Of a stretch of 64,000 nt of DNA, positions 35,254 through 49,800 are shown one piece after another. Source of the stretch: Monocercomonoides exilis PA203 (lineage: Eukaryota; Protista; Preaxostyla). The stretch covers positions 372,001-436,000 of the forward strand of contig LSRY02000028.1 in assembly GCA_001643675.2 (NCBI GenBank). The letters are read 5' to 3'. A program made the translations under genes and the position numbers. Position 1 is the stretch's first letter. Every line of letters starts with the position of its first letter. Under the pieces are notes generated by a model, which worked only from the letters and a program-made list of their open reading frames with translations, ran no database searches and was not told the DNA's origin.

Positions 35254-37176
35254 TCATGTGCTTGCTCTTTTGTCTTCTTCAGGATTCAAGTAAAGTGAAG
35301 CTGCAAAGACAATATCTCTTCTAATCTTTGTTGAACAGTTTGCGAACTTCTGATCCAAAACCTCTGATCCCATTGCCTTCGCTGCTGCGCTCATCTGCTG
35401 CAACAGCTCGTCAATCCTTCTCAGACACCTGACAACCGACCCTTCAAACACCGCTGTTTTCTCAATGACCTGCGAAAACGACTCACCTTGTGTCCAGCGA
35501 TACGCCACATCAACCAGCGCAGGTTTGATTGACTCGACAATATCGTCAGCGCTTTCAGGGGCCATTCTGCACTGCTTGCAGATGTCCCGCACTTTCTCTG
35601 CTGTGTCGTGCAGCCGCTTCATTGGCGTGGTCATCTCCTCCCTCATTTCAGCCAGATTGTCGTCTGACTTCTCCTGGAAGAGCATCGCCGACAGCAGCGC
35701 CACCGTCTGCTCGTCGCTCAGCTCGTTGAACAGCCCGCCAAACAGAAGCTCCGTCAGCACAATCTCATTCACTGAGTTGATCTCGGCTGCACATCTGCCT
35801 TTTGCTGTGACCACGCCTGAGTCGTCCACATACCCAAAGCGCTTCAGCACACGCACCATCGCCTCCAATTCGTCTGACAAGATCATCCGCTCTGCTTTCT
35901 CCACCACCCTCTTCTGCGCCTCCACTGCTGCCTTCAGCGACAGCCTTCTCTGATACTTCATCAGCGCCTCATTCATCTCGCTTGTCGCCCACTGCTCCTC
36001 TTTTCCCCGGATCTTCTCCTCCACCATCTTCACTCGCTCCCCCAGCTTCACAAACGAGCTGTCTGTTATCCCCATGTCTTCAACGGGGTCGAGCACAGGG
36101 ATTCCCTCTGGAAAGCGCTCAGCCACTGCAGAGATGGCAGCACCCACCGACGCCCGCGAGTCTGCTGTGCGGAGGTCAGATGGGATGAACAGGCGGAGAG
36201 AAGAGACAGCTGTGATGGACGATAGGACAACAGGGAGGACAGCATACTCAGGCTGCGGCTTGCGCTTCTGGATGGGCGGAGGAAGTGCGGTGGATGGTGT
36301 GAGGAAGGGGGTGGGTGAGGAAGGTGAATCCTCTTTAGAAGAAGAGGATGAGGAGGAGGAAGAAGATGAAGAAGAAGAGCGGGTAGTGTCTGCTCTGAAT
36401 GAGTTTGTCCCGCTGTTTTTGAGATGTGGAGCAGGAGAAGGCACATCAGAAGCAGTGCCAGGCGCAATCTCCAACAGCACATCAATCACATAAATGGATG
36501 AATCATCGTCAGACGACCGCAGCGATGGCAGTGTTATTCCCATCCCTTTCAGATCTTTCTCTCTCTGATTCTCCCGCTTCTTCACTTCTGTCAGAAGAGA
36601 CGGTGGAACCTGCTTCTTCATAAACGACACCACAACACCCCATCCCCAGTCGATCCCTGCTCCCTTTCCATTCAGAGCAGACACCTGCGAAGAGGAAGAG
36701 GCAGAAGAAGACGATGAGTCCTCCTTTGTCTCTTTGCCCTCCTCTGCACTCCACACGTCTTTCCCCCACAGCACACACCCACCTCCATCCACCACACGCA
36801 CCAGTCTTCCTGTCTGCAGGAAAGGCAGCACATGCAGCGGATGCATCACCACAAAGTGCATATCGTCCCTCAGACGCCGCAGGAGCGAGTAAGTGTCGTA
36901 GCAGTCCTTGACTGAGGGCTCGTTGGCGATCCGGATGGAGTCGTGGAGGCTTTGCAGACGGGCAAGCTCTGAAAATGAAGAGGATGATGTGTTGAGTCAA
37001 AGATAATGAGATGGAATGGAGAATGTGTTGAATGAAATGATAATTTTGATTGATATTAGAAAATGATTATAAAAAGTGACAAAAAGAAAGAGAGAGAGAG
37101 AAAGAAAAAGAAAGAAAGAAAAAGAAAGAAAGAAAGAAAGAAAGAAAAAGAAAGAAAGAAAGAAAGAAAGAAAGAA

Positions 37177-37232
<56 letters not shown>

Positions 37233-39956
37233 GATGATTATATTGATTTATCTAATCGGCATGAGCAAACCTTCTCTGTGCTGTGGCACTTTCTTCGTAG
37301 ATTGGAACTGAAGAAACGAATGTTTGATGATAAACTCTGGATTGGCACCTTCAACACGCAGTGTGTTGATAATCATGTTAAAGGAAAGATGAAACTGGGA
37401 GTTTAGAGGAATTGCTTGGCCCTGTGCAAAAAGAAAAAATTTATTTTATTTCAATTTTTTTTTGAAATGACAGCAAGGTTGAAAGAGAAACAGATGGTTA
37501 TTTGATTAGATTGAATAGGGGCAGATAAACAGAATAGAAGGATATGAAGCAAAGGAGAATACAAATAATGTATTCAGCAAGATAACAGCAATTATCATTT
37601 TTTTTTAAATTAGCTATGAAAAGATCCGATTAATAAAGTGCAAGCACACATTAATGATGGAGCGAGCTTCTTGTGGCTCCAACCGCTCATCCAGCATCAC
37701 AATAACAATACCCCTGTCATCCAACCCTCGACGCCCTGCTCTGCCACTCATCTGAATATACTCACCAGACAAAATCTGAGAATAGCAGGTTAATAATGTG
37801 TTGATAAATTAGAGAGAAATTTTATTTTAGAAAAATTAAGTTTAAAAAAATTTTAACAGGGAAATAGAAAAGAAGAAAGAATAACGGAAAATGCATTCTC
37901 AGCAAAGTTCATAAAAATAAAAAATCTCTTTTTTTTTTCAGAAAAACTGTCAATCACAACATCCTTTCTGGACATCATCAATCCTTTTCTTTTCATAATC
38001 TCGATTGTATCTAAAATAATAATAATAATAATAATCCACAACCAAACCCATCTGAACTCTTTCCCATCGAATTTCCTCACAGACGAGAACACAACAGTCT
38101 TTGCCGGCATGTTGAGCCCCATAGAAAATGTTTCTGTCGCCAGCAGCACTCGAATCAACCCTTCTTGAAACAGCAGCTCGTTGATTTCCTTCAAAATAGG
38201 CAAAAGACCCGAGTGGTGGACGCCTATGCCTCGGAGCAAAAGAGGAAGGATGTTTTTGATTTGAGGCAAATTCTGGTCGCTTTCAGGAAGAGTGCCAATC
38301 GCATTCTGGAAGACGGTTCGGATAAGCGCCTTTTCGGGAGATTCTGTTTGGAAATGATGAATAAAATAAAATATAAATGAAATTATGGAAATATTATATA
38401 AAGAATTATCAAAAGTTCAAAAAAAGAATATGAATTCAGAAATTTTTCAAAATAAAATGTAAAAAATATTTTTAAAAAAAAATCTCATAGAAATAATTGA
38501 AGTCTTCCAGAAATATTGTCAGCCACAATGTCAGGCACAGTCCATGTTTCAAATCTTTGAGCAGCTCAAACCTTTTCCCGGAGTAACTCCCGGCAAGAAA
38601 TCGTGCTTTCCCAAGCCAACCGCAATCATCTCCACTTCCTTCTTGCTGAAGCAGAACACAATGCACGGATCGAAGTTCCTGTCCATAATAAGCCTCACAA
38701 TTTTGAATATTTCGGTGAAGTCCTTTTGCCGCCCCACGTTTTTTCGTGTGGTTCCTGAGCCTTGCTGCTCGTTGGTCACAGACATCGACGAAATGGCTGT
38801 CGCAAAAGAAGACTCGCGAAACACGCCGTGTTCATCAAGTACAAGATGAAGCCCCTTGCCACCTGTAAAGGTTGTAATGTTGGTTTTGATTTGAATATTT
38901 CAAAAAATTTTTTTTGAAAAATAATGAATTATCATTAACGTAATACAAACAAGAATTATCAAAAAAAAAAAAGAAAGAAAGAAAGAAAGAAAGAAAGAAA
39001 ATAAAATAAAAAATTACAAATAAAAGTCATAATTGTAAAAGAAAGGCATTAAATTTTTTGTGTCTTTAAAACCATACCAGCAGGAAAAACGTAGTGCTGA
39101 AGAGGGACAGGACGAAAATCTGTGAACACAACATTGCACGGCTGCTGGTGGAGCGTTGCAATCCATTCAGCAAACTCACGAGCATTTGGTATTGTTGCAG
39201 ACAAAAATACAAATCTTGCTTTTGGAGGAACCATGATTATTGTTTCTTCCCACACAACTCCTCTTTCAAAATCTCTCATGTAATGAATCTCATCAAACAC
39301 CACCCATGCAACTTCTCGTGTAACTTCTGATCCTCGATACAACATGTTTCGTAAAATCTCAGTTGTCATCACAAGACATGCAGCATCTGGGTTGATTGTG
39401 ACATCACCTGTCATCAGTCCAACATCTCCAAAGTGTTCGCATAATTCCCTATACTTTTGATTACTCAGTGCTTTAATTGGACTTGTATAAATAACTCGTT
39501 GGTTATCTCGAAGGGCAGTTGCAATAGCATATAAAGCCACAACTGTCTTACCTGCAGATGTATGTGCAGAAACAAGAACGGATTCACCTAACGAATAATT
39601 AAATAAAAATAGGACAATAAGATTCGTATGCGAAGAGTTTGTTGTTTCAAACCTTTATCTATTGACTTTATTGATGCCTCTTGAAAGGCATCCAGCTTAA
39701 AAGGAAAAGTTTTTGCTGGAGGTCTTGTTGGTTGTGGTGTTTCCTTTTGAACCCATCCAGGCGGAAAGCATACTTCGTGCGTGCAGTTATACGAGATGCT
39801 TTCCTTCTTAAACTCTGAGCCAGCACCTTCAATACCGATCTCATCAACTGGACTCGCAAGGGGATCGGGACTTGGAGAAAGATTTGGTGAAGGGCTTGGA
39901 GTTCCTGTTTCCTCTGGAGTAAGAGGCATCCTCTTTTCTATTGCTGACTGTGACAT
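35254..39956 (-). CDS. MTR4: Exosome-associated Ski2-like RNA helicase MTR4, multi-exon
   Basis: [78 protein letters not shown], a KOW-region DWGWGVVV and C-terminal DSHCT ...[13 protein letters not shown]. Confidence 0.95.
37081..37228. repeat. Intronic polypurine microsatellite (AAAG)n/(AG)n in MTR4
   Basis: Directly visible. A similar (AAAG)n run lies at ~38965-39000. Confidence 0.9.
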
Positions 39957-40286
39957 ATAAAATAAATTTTACAGTTGGAAATCTGATGTAATATTAGAAA
40001 TATGTTTAATTTTATCAAAAAAATCAAATAAACAAAAGAAAGCATTACCCAGCAGATAGATAATGGTCTATGATGATCAATAATTATTAACTTTTGTTAA
40101 AACTTAACTTTCATTAAATATTTCTTGAATTTTTAATTTGAATATTGCATCTCAAATGTGATTTTCAAATTATTGCTAAGAAATTAGATTTGGTGTTAAA
40201 AATAGTAACTACAACAACATAAAAAAAACAGTGAACGTATCAAAAACAAGAGCGGATAACTCTCTGAGTATCTAATTTTAAATCGT

Positions 40287-42434
40287 TTAACCATGTTTCA
40301 CAAAGTCGTGTGCAAGCTCTCCATCTTTGAATACAGTGCGCAACGTGCTTGGAAGTGCATGCTCAATCTGATGATGTAACAAAAAAGTTAGTTTTTGAGA
40401 AAAATGCAACACAAAATAGAATTTTTAAATAAATTGATCTTTATTTCAAACCATTCCTTCCTCCTTCTCTTTGGTGTCAGGGTCGATTCTGATTCCAGGT
40501 GCATAAATGATGATATTGGCTGACTTGGATGAGAACACCTCCACTTTCTCCATGCACTCCTGTGACACATAAATCTGAGCGCCCTCTGAAGATTCCACGA
40601 GGAACGAGGCGCAGACGTTGACGACCTGTGCTTTGATGTCCTTCGAGTTGATCAGCTCCACACTCGACACCACATCGTCCACCACGACTGTGCACCCAAC
40701 ACACTTGTCGATGACAATCGAGTTCACTTTGCCTGTAATGCGGATGGCAGACTTCTTGCAGTTGTACATGTACACTGTCTGTTGGATGGTTTCGGATTCA
40801 AATGTGAGGTCAGGCACATTCACTTGGTTTTCCTGAATGGGAAAATAAAAACAAATAGAATTCATTCAAATGTCATTTTGTTTTGTGGATTAACACAGAT
40901 AAAAAAATTGAAGATTTGTAAATAAATAAAAAAATAAAATAAATATTAAATTCATGAAAAACATCCAATAAAGGCATACGCATTTCAATTTGTTGCCAAA
41001 GTTCTGGAAAACAGGTGGTGCAACTGCTTTTGCTGAGAATGAAAGCATCGATTGTTCAGTTTTGTAGATGTATTGGACATTCATAAAAGATTTCAAAAAT
41101 AAATCAAAAAAAGAAAGAAAAAATGTAATGAAACCTTTTGGTCCTGCAACGGCTTCTTCCTTTTCGACTCTTTTCTCGCCGACAGAAGATGGGACAGTGA
41201 ACTTTCTTTCTTCTCTTGGCCTGTTCTTTGTCTTTTCCGAGTCTGAAACATGGCGCAAGCGGCTTGTGATGCCTTCTCCTTGGCACAGTTCTGCAAAGAG
41301 TTTTGTTGTGTCTGCAGCTGGTTTCTCAGCAGCAGTGGCTGAAGAAGCGGAAACAGGCGGAGCAGCAGGGACAGCCGGTGCAGCAGGGATGGCTGGCGGA
41401 GCAGGGATGGAGGAGGAGCTGGAGGGTGTTGAGGAAGACGATGCAGATCCGTCTGTATATTGGTCGATGTCCATTCCATCACGCTTCCATGAGAGTCCTG
41501 TGCGATAATGCTCCTTGATGAAGTCAAGCAAATCAGTTGCCACTTTCTTGATTCCTTGAGCCCATGTGACTTGATCCTGGTTTCTTTAAAAGAAAAATGG
41601 AGGAAAATAATTGAAAATATGCATCCATTTTATTTTTTTTTTAAATTTAACATCATACGTTCCTCTATTTTCACGAATAATCTTCAAATTATAGAAGTCT
41701 GCAACTTGCCATGTATTATCAACATAATCCATAGGTGTTTTCTCAATTTCAACCCAGTTGGCGCATTTCGACAGCTCTTCAACAACTTTCCATTGACCGA
41801 AATTTGGTTCGGTTTTAAATGGAACTGCTTTACCAATTGCCTAAATATAAATATTACTTTAATTCAAATTTTCATAAATTTCAAATAAATCATACGTTAA
41901 TTGCATCAGCAACTGGTTTGTACTGAGCTTTCATTTGCTCTGGAGTTGGCTTCTTGCACTTTAGAGACTTTCTAATAAGAATTTGTTCTTCTCTAAACAC
42001 TTTCTCGAGCATTTCAGTCTAAATTTTCGTCAGTCTTTGAAAGATTTATAAAATTATTAGCTTCAAACCATTTTTGGGACTGGCTCGGGAAGTTTATGAG
42101 CCACTTCAAGAAGGGGAGGAAACACAGCTTCCAAATAATCCTGAAAATGAAATATTGAAAAAATCACATTTTTGTAAATTGCAAAAATTAACATAAATTT
42201 TCAAATTTTTAGCATAAAAAATAGCATGCATCAAATGGGCTTTTCTCTATCTCAACTTCGTCTCCAGCACCTTGATTTCTTTCCAATTTTTCAATGTCTT
42301 TTTCCAGACGTTGCAGAAGAGCCTGAAATTACCATTACGAATATACATCATGTTTCGATTATTAATGTAAAAAGAATGTTTGATAAATTTTGAATTTTGT
42401 CTTTGAAATTACACACTTCAAAACGTGCTTCCAT
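40287..42434 (-). CDS. CAP1: Adenylyl cyclase-associated protein (CAP/Srv2), multi-exon
   Basis: N-terminal MEARFE/ALLQRLEKDIEKLE (RLE motif), FIKEHYRTGLSW, Pro-rich linker, LFAELCQGEGITSRLRHVSDSEKTKN (WH2-like) and CARP domain ITGKVNSIVIDKC...VVSSVELINS...FSSKS. Ends FVKHG followed by TAA. Confidence 0.92.
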
Positions 42435-42581
42435 CTTTGATCTTCAAGACCTTTACTTATAAAAAAAAGAATATTTGAAATGAAAAAAATGATTATAAAA
42501 CATCTATAATAAACAAAATCGAAATTCTTCAAAAAGAAGAAAGAATGCTTGCTGAAAATTGAAGTTGAGCAATTTGAATGA

Positions 42582-44230
42582 TCAAATTCCTCTTTCCGGT
42601 GTGGGGTAAAAGAATAGTTTTGTGTGAGGTTGGGCAACTGATGTGAATATAACAGGAACAATTTCTAGTTTTGGAGAAGAAATGCGTAAAAATGCTCCTT
42701 TATTTCTAACGCCTTGATAAGAAGGAGCAGAGAAGATAGAGATCTGATATTAAAAAATAAAAAGAGAAAATAAACAAATTATTTCGCATCAAATGGTCAA
42801 AAAAATCAAATGTTATAATCTATGCACGAAACAATTTGATTAAATTTTGCAAAAGAAAAAAGATAAAAAATATCTCTATTTTTCGCATACCAGTTTCTTT
42901 TTCTGCTCAACAGAAAAACCTTCTTTTCTCAACTCGTGTGATCGTATAACAAGCTTAAGAGAGTTAGTTTCCAGAAAATCTTGTGTCACATCTGGTCCAA
43001 ACCAATGGCCATATGGCCGATATGATTCTTTCACACCAACTGAATGAGAAGGATCGCTCCACTTTAAAATAACAATTGTATCACATATGTGAACGGTTAT
43101 TTCAAAAATACATAAAGAGAAAAAATTGAAAAGAAAATTCTTGTTAAAAACAATGAAAGTGCAAACCAGCATTTGTGTCATAAACAGTTCTCCACCTTCC
43201 TGTCCTGGTTCGTGAAATCTATCTACCTTTTGTATATCATCCAACGTCACCCCAAGCCTGTTGAATAATCCACCATGCTAAATAGCATTTATCAGTTCAA
43301 TAACCATTGAAAAATCATCAGTGTCATAAATGATGAAGCAAAGAATTGTGTGCAAATGTATTGAAATTTCATGTTAAAATTCAAAGAGTTTATTGAAATA
43401 ATCTTCAAGTCAAATTCAAACCACAAGAAATATTCGTTTGTTAAGTATTGCACAAAGTGGTAATGTGTTGAACGACTCCATAAAATTTGCATAAATTGTT
43501 ATGTCATATTTATACAAACACTAAGTTTAGAAATATATTTTTATATGACCCAAGAAATAGAATTTCACATGTTTCCAATGTTGTTGCATACCTCGGATCT
43601 AAAACCGTAGTCACGTGCGCAAAATGCTGTTTCGTGATTTCCACGAATAAGATGCACGTGTTCTGGATAACAAACTTTCAGTGCATATAAAGTGATACAT
43701 GTCTTGAAGTTTATAATTATGTGTAAAAAAATCATAAATTTTTATTTTTTGTGAACAAACTTCAATACTAAAAGAGCCTCTATCAATCCAATCTCCAAGA
43801 AAAATATATGATAATTCCTCAGACGGCAATCCATTCAAATCAAAAATGTGAAGAAGATCGAAGAACTGACCATGAATGTCCCCCTGTTGAACATATATTC
43901 AATTATTAAAATTTTGTGAATTTAAAGCCGTAAGCAAAAATATTAAACAAACAACTACTGTAACCGATTTTCCTTCGGGTATTTCAATGTCGATGATATT
44001 TGGATATGTTTTTACCATATTTTTAAAGTCTGTGATAAGTTTCTTCACAACCCCATCTGACGGCTGCTGATCGTGCTTCAGTGCGTTAATTAGTCTGGCT
44101 ATTAAATTTTTGTTTGCAAAAATATGGTGATGATATGGAATTTATAGAAACTTTTATAAATCTTATTTTTTAATTAAAAATTCAAACGAAGTGTAGTTCT
44201 GTTGATGTTTTCTGGGCAAAGAAATCGTGC
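42582..44230 (-). CDS. PPP-family Ser/Thr phosphatase, PP5-like catalytic domain, intron-rich; 5' end uncertain
   Basis: Spliced motifs [45 protein letters not shown]...[39 protein letters not shown] and IFSAPSY. Confidence 0.85.
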
Positions 44231-45669
44231 TTTAAATTTTTTGATTTGAAAAAAATAATTTTAATAAATGCGCTGAAAATTCAAAAAATATTTGTTAATA
44301 CCCATGAAAAGCAAGGAGAAAACAACCAAAAAATACCCATAACTATTTCTTTTCAAGAATAATATTTTTGAAAAAGTTTTTTGAGGAATGCAAGTGTAAA
44401 ATATATTTTGTTGTTTTTTTATGGAATAAATACATTTCAACAAATAAATATTCTTCTGGAGCCATGTTTGAACCATAAATATTTGAGCAATTTTTTTGCA
44501 TGTGTTTTCAATAAAATTAAAACAAGTTTCTTGATTATTTATTCTTTTCCACATCGTTGATTTCAAAAGGGATTTTATTTGAAAAATTCGAAATTGAACT
44601 GTTTTCATTATATTTTCTTTTTCATTTTCGTTGCATTATTTTTTTTTAAAAACAATTGATAATCTTCATGGCATTTTCTGTGAAAGACATAAACTCAAAA
44701 TAAGTTTTTTCGACCATAACCAAATATATAATTGTGGAGTTTTTATTTTGTTGATAAATAGAATTAAATCAAAGAAACAAATTAAGTTAAAACGACAGCT
44801 TTATGATTGAGATTTTCTAGAAAAATATTCCTGAAAAAGAAAAATCCACGAAAACAATATTTTTCCATATGTTTCAATTCTGTTTCGAAAATAAAATATT
44901 CAGTGAAAAACAAAAAATATCAAAAAGATTCATATGTGTGTGTTAATTTTTGAAATGAAAACTTTTTTCAGTGCACGAAATATTCAGACTTTGCTTGTCC
45001 CTGTGAATGTCTTATTAATTCAATTGCCAAAATTTTCACTTCTGTTTTTAAAATAAATGAATCAGCTGAAATAAAGTTAAAATGTCTTAACAGAGACTTT
45101 TCACTCTTCAATGATCATTAATTAATATTCAAGGTATTTTTTTTAAATCGAAATTTTTGAAAAAAAAAAATTGGAATCAAAAAAATTACACATATAATAT
45201 CTTGCAAAAATGAAACTCTCTTATTTCGATTGGGTTTCAGTTCCAGTCAAATAATTTTCTCAAAAATTCAAACAATAAATAAATTATTTCACAACGAAAA
45301 ATTCATAAAAAAATTTCAAAAATCTGTGAGCTGAAATTGATATAATGAATATACTATTTTTATTGAACAACGTGAAAAAAAAGAATAATTATTTTTTTTT
45401 TTCACAAAAATTCCTTATTTATAACTGATCAAACTTTGAGTCAAAACTGTCAATTTAAAAAAAAAAAAGCTCTTATTTTGAGAAATGTTTAAGCCATGTT
45501 GCATTATGTTGGAGTGCGTTATGTTATTTTTAATTAATATTCAACTTTTGTTCAAGATTAGCGCAATTATTTTTCTTCATATGAAACTTTTGAAATCATG
45601 CTGTTTCTGAAAAACAATTACATAAACAATTCAAATTCATTGTTGTCAATTTTCCACAAAATACCAGTT

Positions 45670-45955
45670 GAAGGGAAACGGGGGGAAATACGAACTTTCA
45701 AGCTTTTTTTGCACGAAGCATTAAATATTTGTAAATCTCTCTTATTTTTGTAAATCTTTCTCAGATTTCTAAATAAATTGTGTTTTCATATCTGCAAGCA
45801 AATATCATTAATATAATAACATCATGTTGTATTACCTCTCATGTCTTTCAAAAAATTAACCCATTTTTTAAAAAATTTTTTGATCACAAAAAGTTAATGA
45901 AAAGTGCATAATTTTTCAATGAAAATGCCTGAAGTCAAATATTTTGTTCCATATC
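45670..45955 (+). repeat. Diverged dispersed repeat homologous to the interior of the 14287-15462 element
   Basis: Colinear similarity with ~14625-14926. Shared blocks include CTTTCTCAGATTTC and GTGCATAATTTTTCAATGAAAATGC(C/T)TGAAG..AAATATTTTG..CCATAT. Confidence 0.75.
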
Positions 45956-46829
45956 GTTTCAAAAGCCAAAGTTTGATTTTAAAAAAATAGAAGAGGAATC
46001 ACATAACAGCTCTATCAGTTTTCAGGGTTCATTTATGAATAATCACAACAAAAACTTAAACCGAAAATTTTGATAGAAAATATCGTGTTTCAAAAATAAT
46101 AACCCATATATTGTGCCAAAATTTAAAAACTGGTCTTGAAAAAAGTGTATTTCAAAATGGATCAGCCATATGATAATGAAAAACATTAACATTTATTAAA
46201 CAATTCATCTTTCAAAATTCATAAGATTAACCGTGCAATTTTTTTTGCTTATTGAATTTTCTTCCACTTAATTATTTCTTTTCTTTTTATCAACATAAAA
46301 CTATTTTCTTTATTATAATTTGCGAGAATGTCATATTTCTTATTAAAAAAAAAACAGAAAAAGTTTAGAACAAATCGTTTCATTTTTCATTTATTCGCAA
46401 AATTCATTTCAAATACTCTCTTAATGGAAAAAAATTATTCTTTTTTCTATCTTTGAAAAACATATCCACATATAAAAATTGATACAACAATTTTATTCAA
46501 TAAACGTATTTATTAAATGAACCAAATAGAAATGATTTTTTTAACTTTTTTCTTTGTAATAAAATTTTGTATTTAAAATTTCATATTCAAGAATACATTA
46601 TTAAAAGAAATTTGTTTTAAACTTAAAAGAATTTTTATTTAAGATTTCAAACATGTAATGCAAAAATATATTCAACATCAACATCATTATATTATTTATT
46701 ATATACGCAAATAGAGTCTTGGATGATTATTGAAATGCTCAGTAAGATAGATTGAACATGGAAATAAAATAAAAACAAAATATGGAAATAAACGACCTCT
46801 TTTATATTTGCACAAGAGGGGAATATAAA

Positions 46830-49800
46830 TTAAAGATCTTCTTTTGCATCTTTTTTGTCTGTTTTGGCCTCCTTTTTCTCTTCCTTCTTCTCTTCTTTCT
46901 TTTCCTCCTTCTTTTCTTCCTTCTTCTCTTCTTTCTTTTCTTCCTTCTTCTCTTCTTTCTTTTCTTCTTTATTTTCCTCCTTCTTCTCTTCCTTCTTTTC
47001 CTCAGTCTTTTCATTTTCACCTTTCTTATCTTTTAATCTCATTTGTCTCATCTTCTTTCTCTCTGCAAGTTTTCTTTGAAGAATATCTTCAGGATCTTCA
47101 TATTCTTCAATCTCTTCGAAATAGCTTTCATCTGGCCGTTTATTCTGCTTCTTCTTCTTTCTTTCTCTTCTTCTTTCTTCTCTTCTCTGTCTTTTTCTTT
47201 CCTCCTTCTTCTTTTGCTTCTCATATTCCCTTCTCTCCTCGGCATTCATATCTTCCATTTCTTCTGCTTCAAGTTCTTCAACAGTCTTCCCAAGCTTTGC
47301 CGCTTCTTCTTCTTTGACTTTACGCTCGGCCTTCTCCTTCTTTCTCCTCCTCTTCTCTTCCTTCTCTTTCTCTCTCAACATGTTTTCTTCCTCGACTTCT
47401 CTCGCAAGCCAGTCGTCAAAGTCTTCCTCCAAATCATCAGGAAGCACAGGCGCATGTGGAAGTCCCGTCATACTCGACAGAACATCAAACAATCGCTCAG
47501 CATAATCAACCTTGTGATCCACACCATATCCGTCATGAAGCATTGCTGTTTCATACATAGACAGCAAAAGAAGCTCCATCTTCTTCATATCTGACACAAT
47601 TGGTGATTCAAGAACACCTTCCTCATTGTATATCATCTCTTCCTCTTCTGGCGTTCCTTCTTTCACCTCTCTGCCTTCCTTTGCTGCAAGCTCTCTCTCT
47701 TCTCTTCCAGCAGTTTCCATCGCCTTTCTTGCCTGAATGGATTTGAGTGCCTTGTTCATTCTCTGGATCAGATGTGATGCTGGGTTGATCTCAAACACTT
47801 TTTTGCTCATTCTTTTCTTCATCTCCTCCGTCACCATTGAGTGATCCTTATACAAATTGTTCAGCCCGCTGGAAAGCGCTCCTTCACCTGCAACGACAGC
47901 ACAAGGCACTGACTTCTTTAATGAAACACGGTCTTTCACGATCTCTTTTCCTTCTTTTTCCATCTTGTGCAGCTCCCACAGCATTCTTGGATGCTTCTTG
48001 CGATATCTGTCTTCCTTGTCCATCTCCTCCATCTCCTTCTTTCCGGCAATCACAACTGAGTTGTCATCCCTCTTCTTCTCCTTAATCTTCTTTCTTCTCA
48101 TCGCGTATCTCTCCTTCTCTTTTTCAAATAGCTCCTTCTGTCTTTTCTTCTCTTCCTCATCCAGCAGCATCTGCTTCATTTCCTCCTTCTTCTTTTCCAC
48201 TTCTCCCATAGCCAACTTCGAGCTAACCTCAACTCTGTCGACCTTTCCTTCAAGAACAGATGTCATCCAGTTCACCAACGGCACCATATCCTTCTTCCAT
48301 TTCGCCAGCTTCTTCTTAATCGGACCTTTTGACTCGAACTCCTTCACTTTGTTAGCCAGCTCTTCCTGCACTGAAATAATAGGATGCCCATCAAACACCA
48401 TGATACGCAGGAGATATGCTTCGTCTCTCGCGTCAAAGAGAAGCAGAACATCTCTCTTTTCAGACAAGAATGGCTGCAAGAAGGGCGATTCTCTCACGAA
48501 TGACTGTGCTTTGTCAATATCTTCGGTATCCACGGCATAGTACAAAATAGGAACATGATCCTTTTTCGAACGCTGCGATGGATTCTTCTTTTGTGTTTCG
48601 GTCTTCTTTTCTTCTGCTTCTTCAGCTTCGATCTGCTTTGCGGCTTCTTCAATGTAATCGTCAAGTGAAATCAACTTTTCAGGATGCAACGATGAGTTGA
48701 ATCGAAGCAATTTCGCTAAATTCTTTCGATTATCGTCATCGTCTCTAATTCCGTGCTTGATTTCAGCTGCAAATTCCCTGTAAAATGTATCATATGCCTC
48801 AACGTCTTCATCTGATTCGTCCTTTCTGGCTCTGTCTGACAGCTCTACAAGATAGTCCACAATCTTCCTTGCCAATTTTTTAGCAATCAGCTTCAGCGAC
48901 TCTGAACCTTGTAGCATTTCTCGAGAAATGTTAAGAGGAATGGCTTCATCAATGTCCTCATCCTCGACCTTCTTTCCTTGTTTTTTCTTGTCTTTATCGT
49001 ACTTCTCCAACAATGGATCTCTCAAATCATCGACTTCCAACACACCACGCACAAATGTCAAGTATGTTGGGAGGAAATCCATGATTTCTTCAGTAATCAG
49101 AACTTTCTTAACATAGAGTCTCAATCTGCTTATACGGCACACAGAATACTTGTTTCTTCCCGGAGGAATGCGGGGTGGGATGTAAATAATTGTCTTAAAT
49201 CGAACATCTACAGACGAGTGTAAATGGATTTTCCCCAATGGTGCATCTGGACGATAAGCCCAATATGTAACTGTGTGGAAAAAGTCATCATATTCCGTGG
49301 ATGAAATATAATCTTCATCTTTATCTGATTTTGGATCTCGCACCCAAATTGGTGGTTGTAAGTTAACTTGTCTTTCCTCATATTCTGGATCGGGTATAAG
49401 ATCATCATCATCATCGTCATCATCGTCATCTTCATCATCAAATTTCTCTGTCTCAATTAGTTTGTCTTCCTTTCGCTTCTTCCTTTCTTCTTGAAGACGT
49501 AATCTCTCTTCAGCTTTCATTCTCCTTTCATAAGTCCACTGGTCTTCTTTTTCAAAACGGATGAAAATTGGGAAGTTGACGAACTGTGAATACTTCTCAA
49601 CCAATGCATGAACAATGGAAGAATTGGAATATCTAGCATCTTTTAAATACAGTTTCACTTTTGTACCACGTTTGAGATCTTCTCCGCTTGTATCCTCGCG
49701 AATGGTGTACGATTCAGCCCCCACTGATGACCATATGTATTGTGAAGTATTGTATCTCCGAGATGTCACCACAACTTTACTTGCAACGAGGAATGAAGAA

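Noticed and set aside
44261-44608. 115-aa minus-strand ORF upstream of the phosphatase
   Set aside because: AT-rich F/I/K/N composition typical of chance ORFs, with no motif.
16411-46832. Non-canonical genetic code (TAA/TAG = Gln) as in some oxymonads
   Set aside because: TAA directly follows KKEL and KEDL and ends CAP at its expected terminus, and multi-kb ORFs stay open under the standard code.
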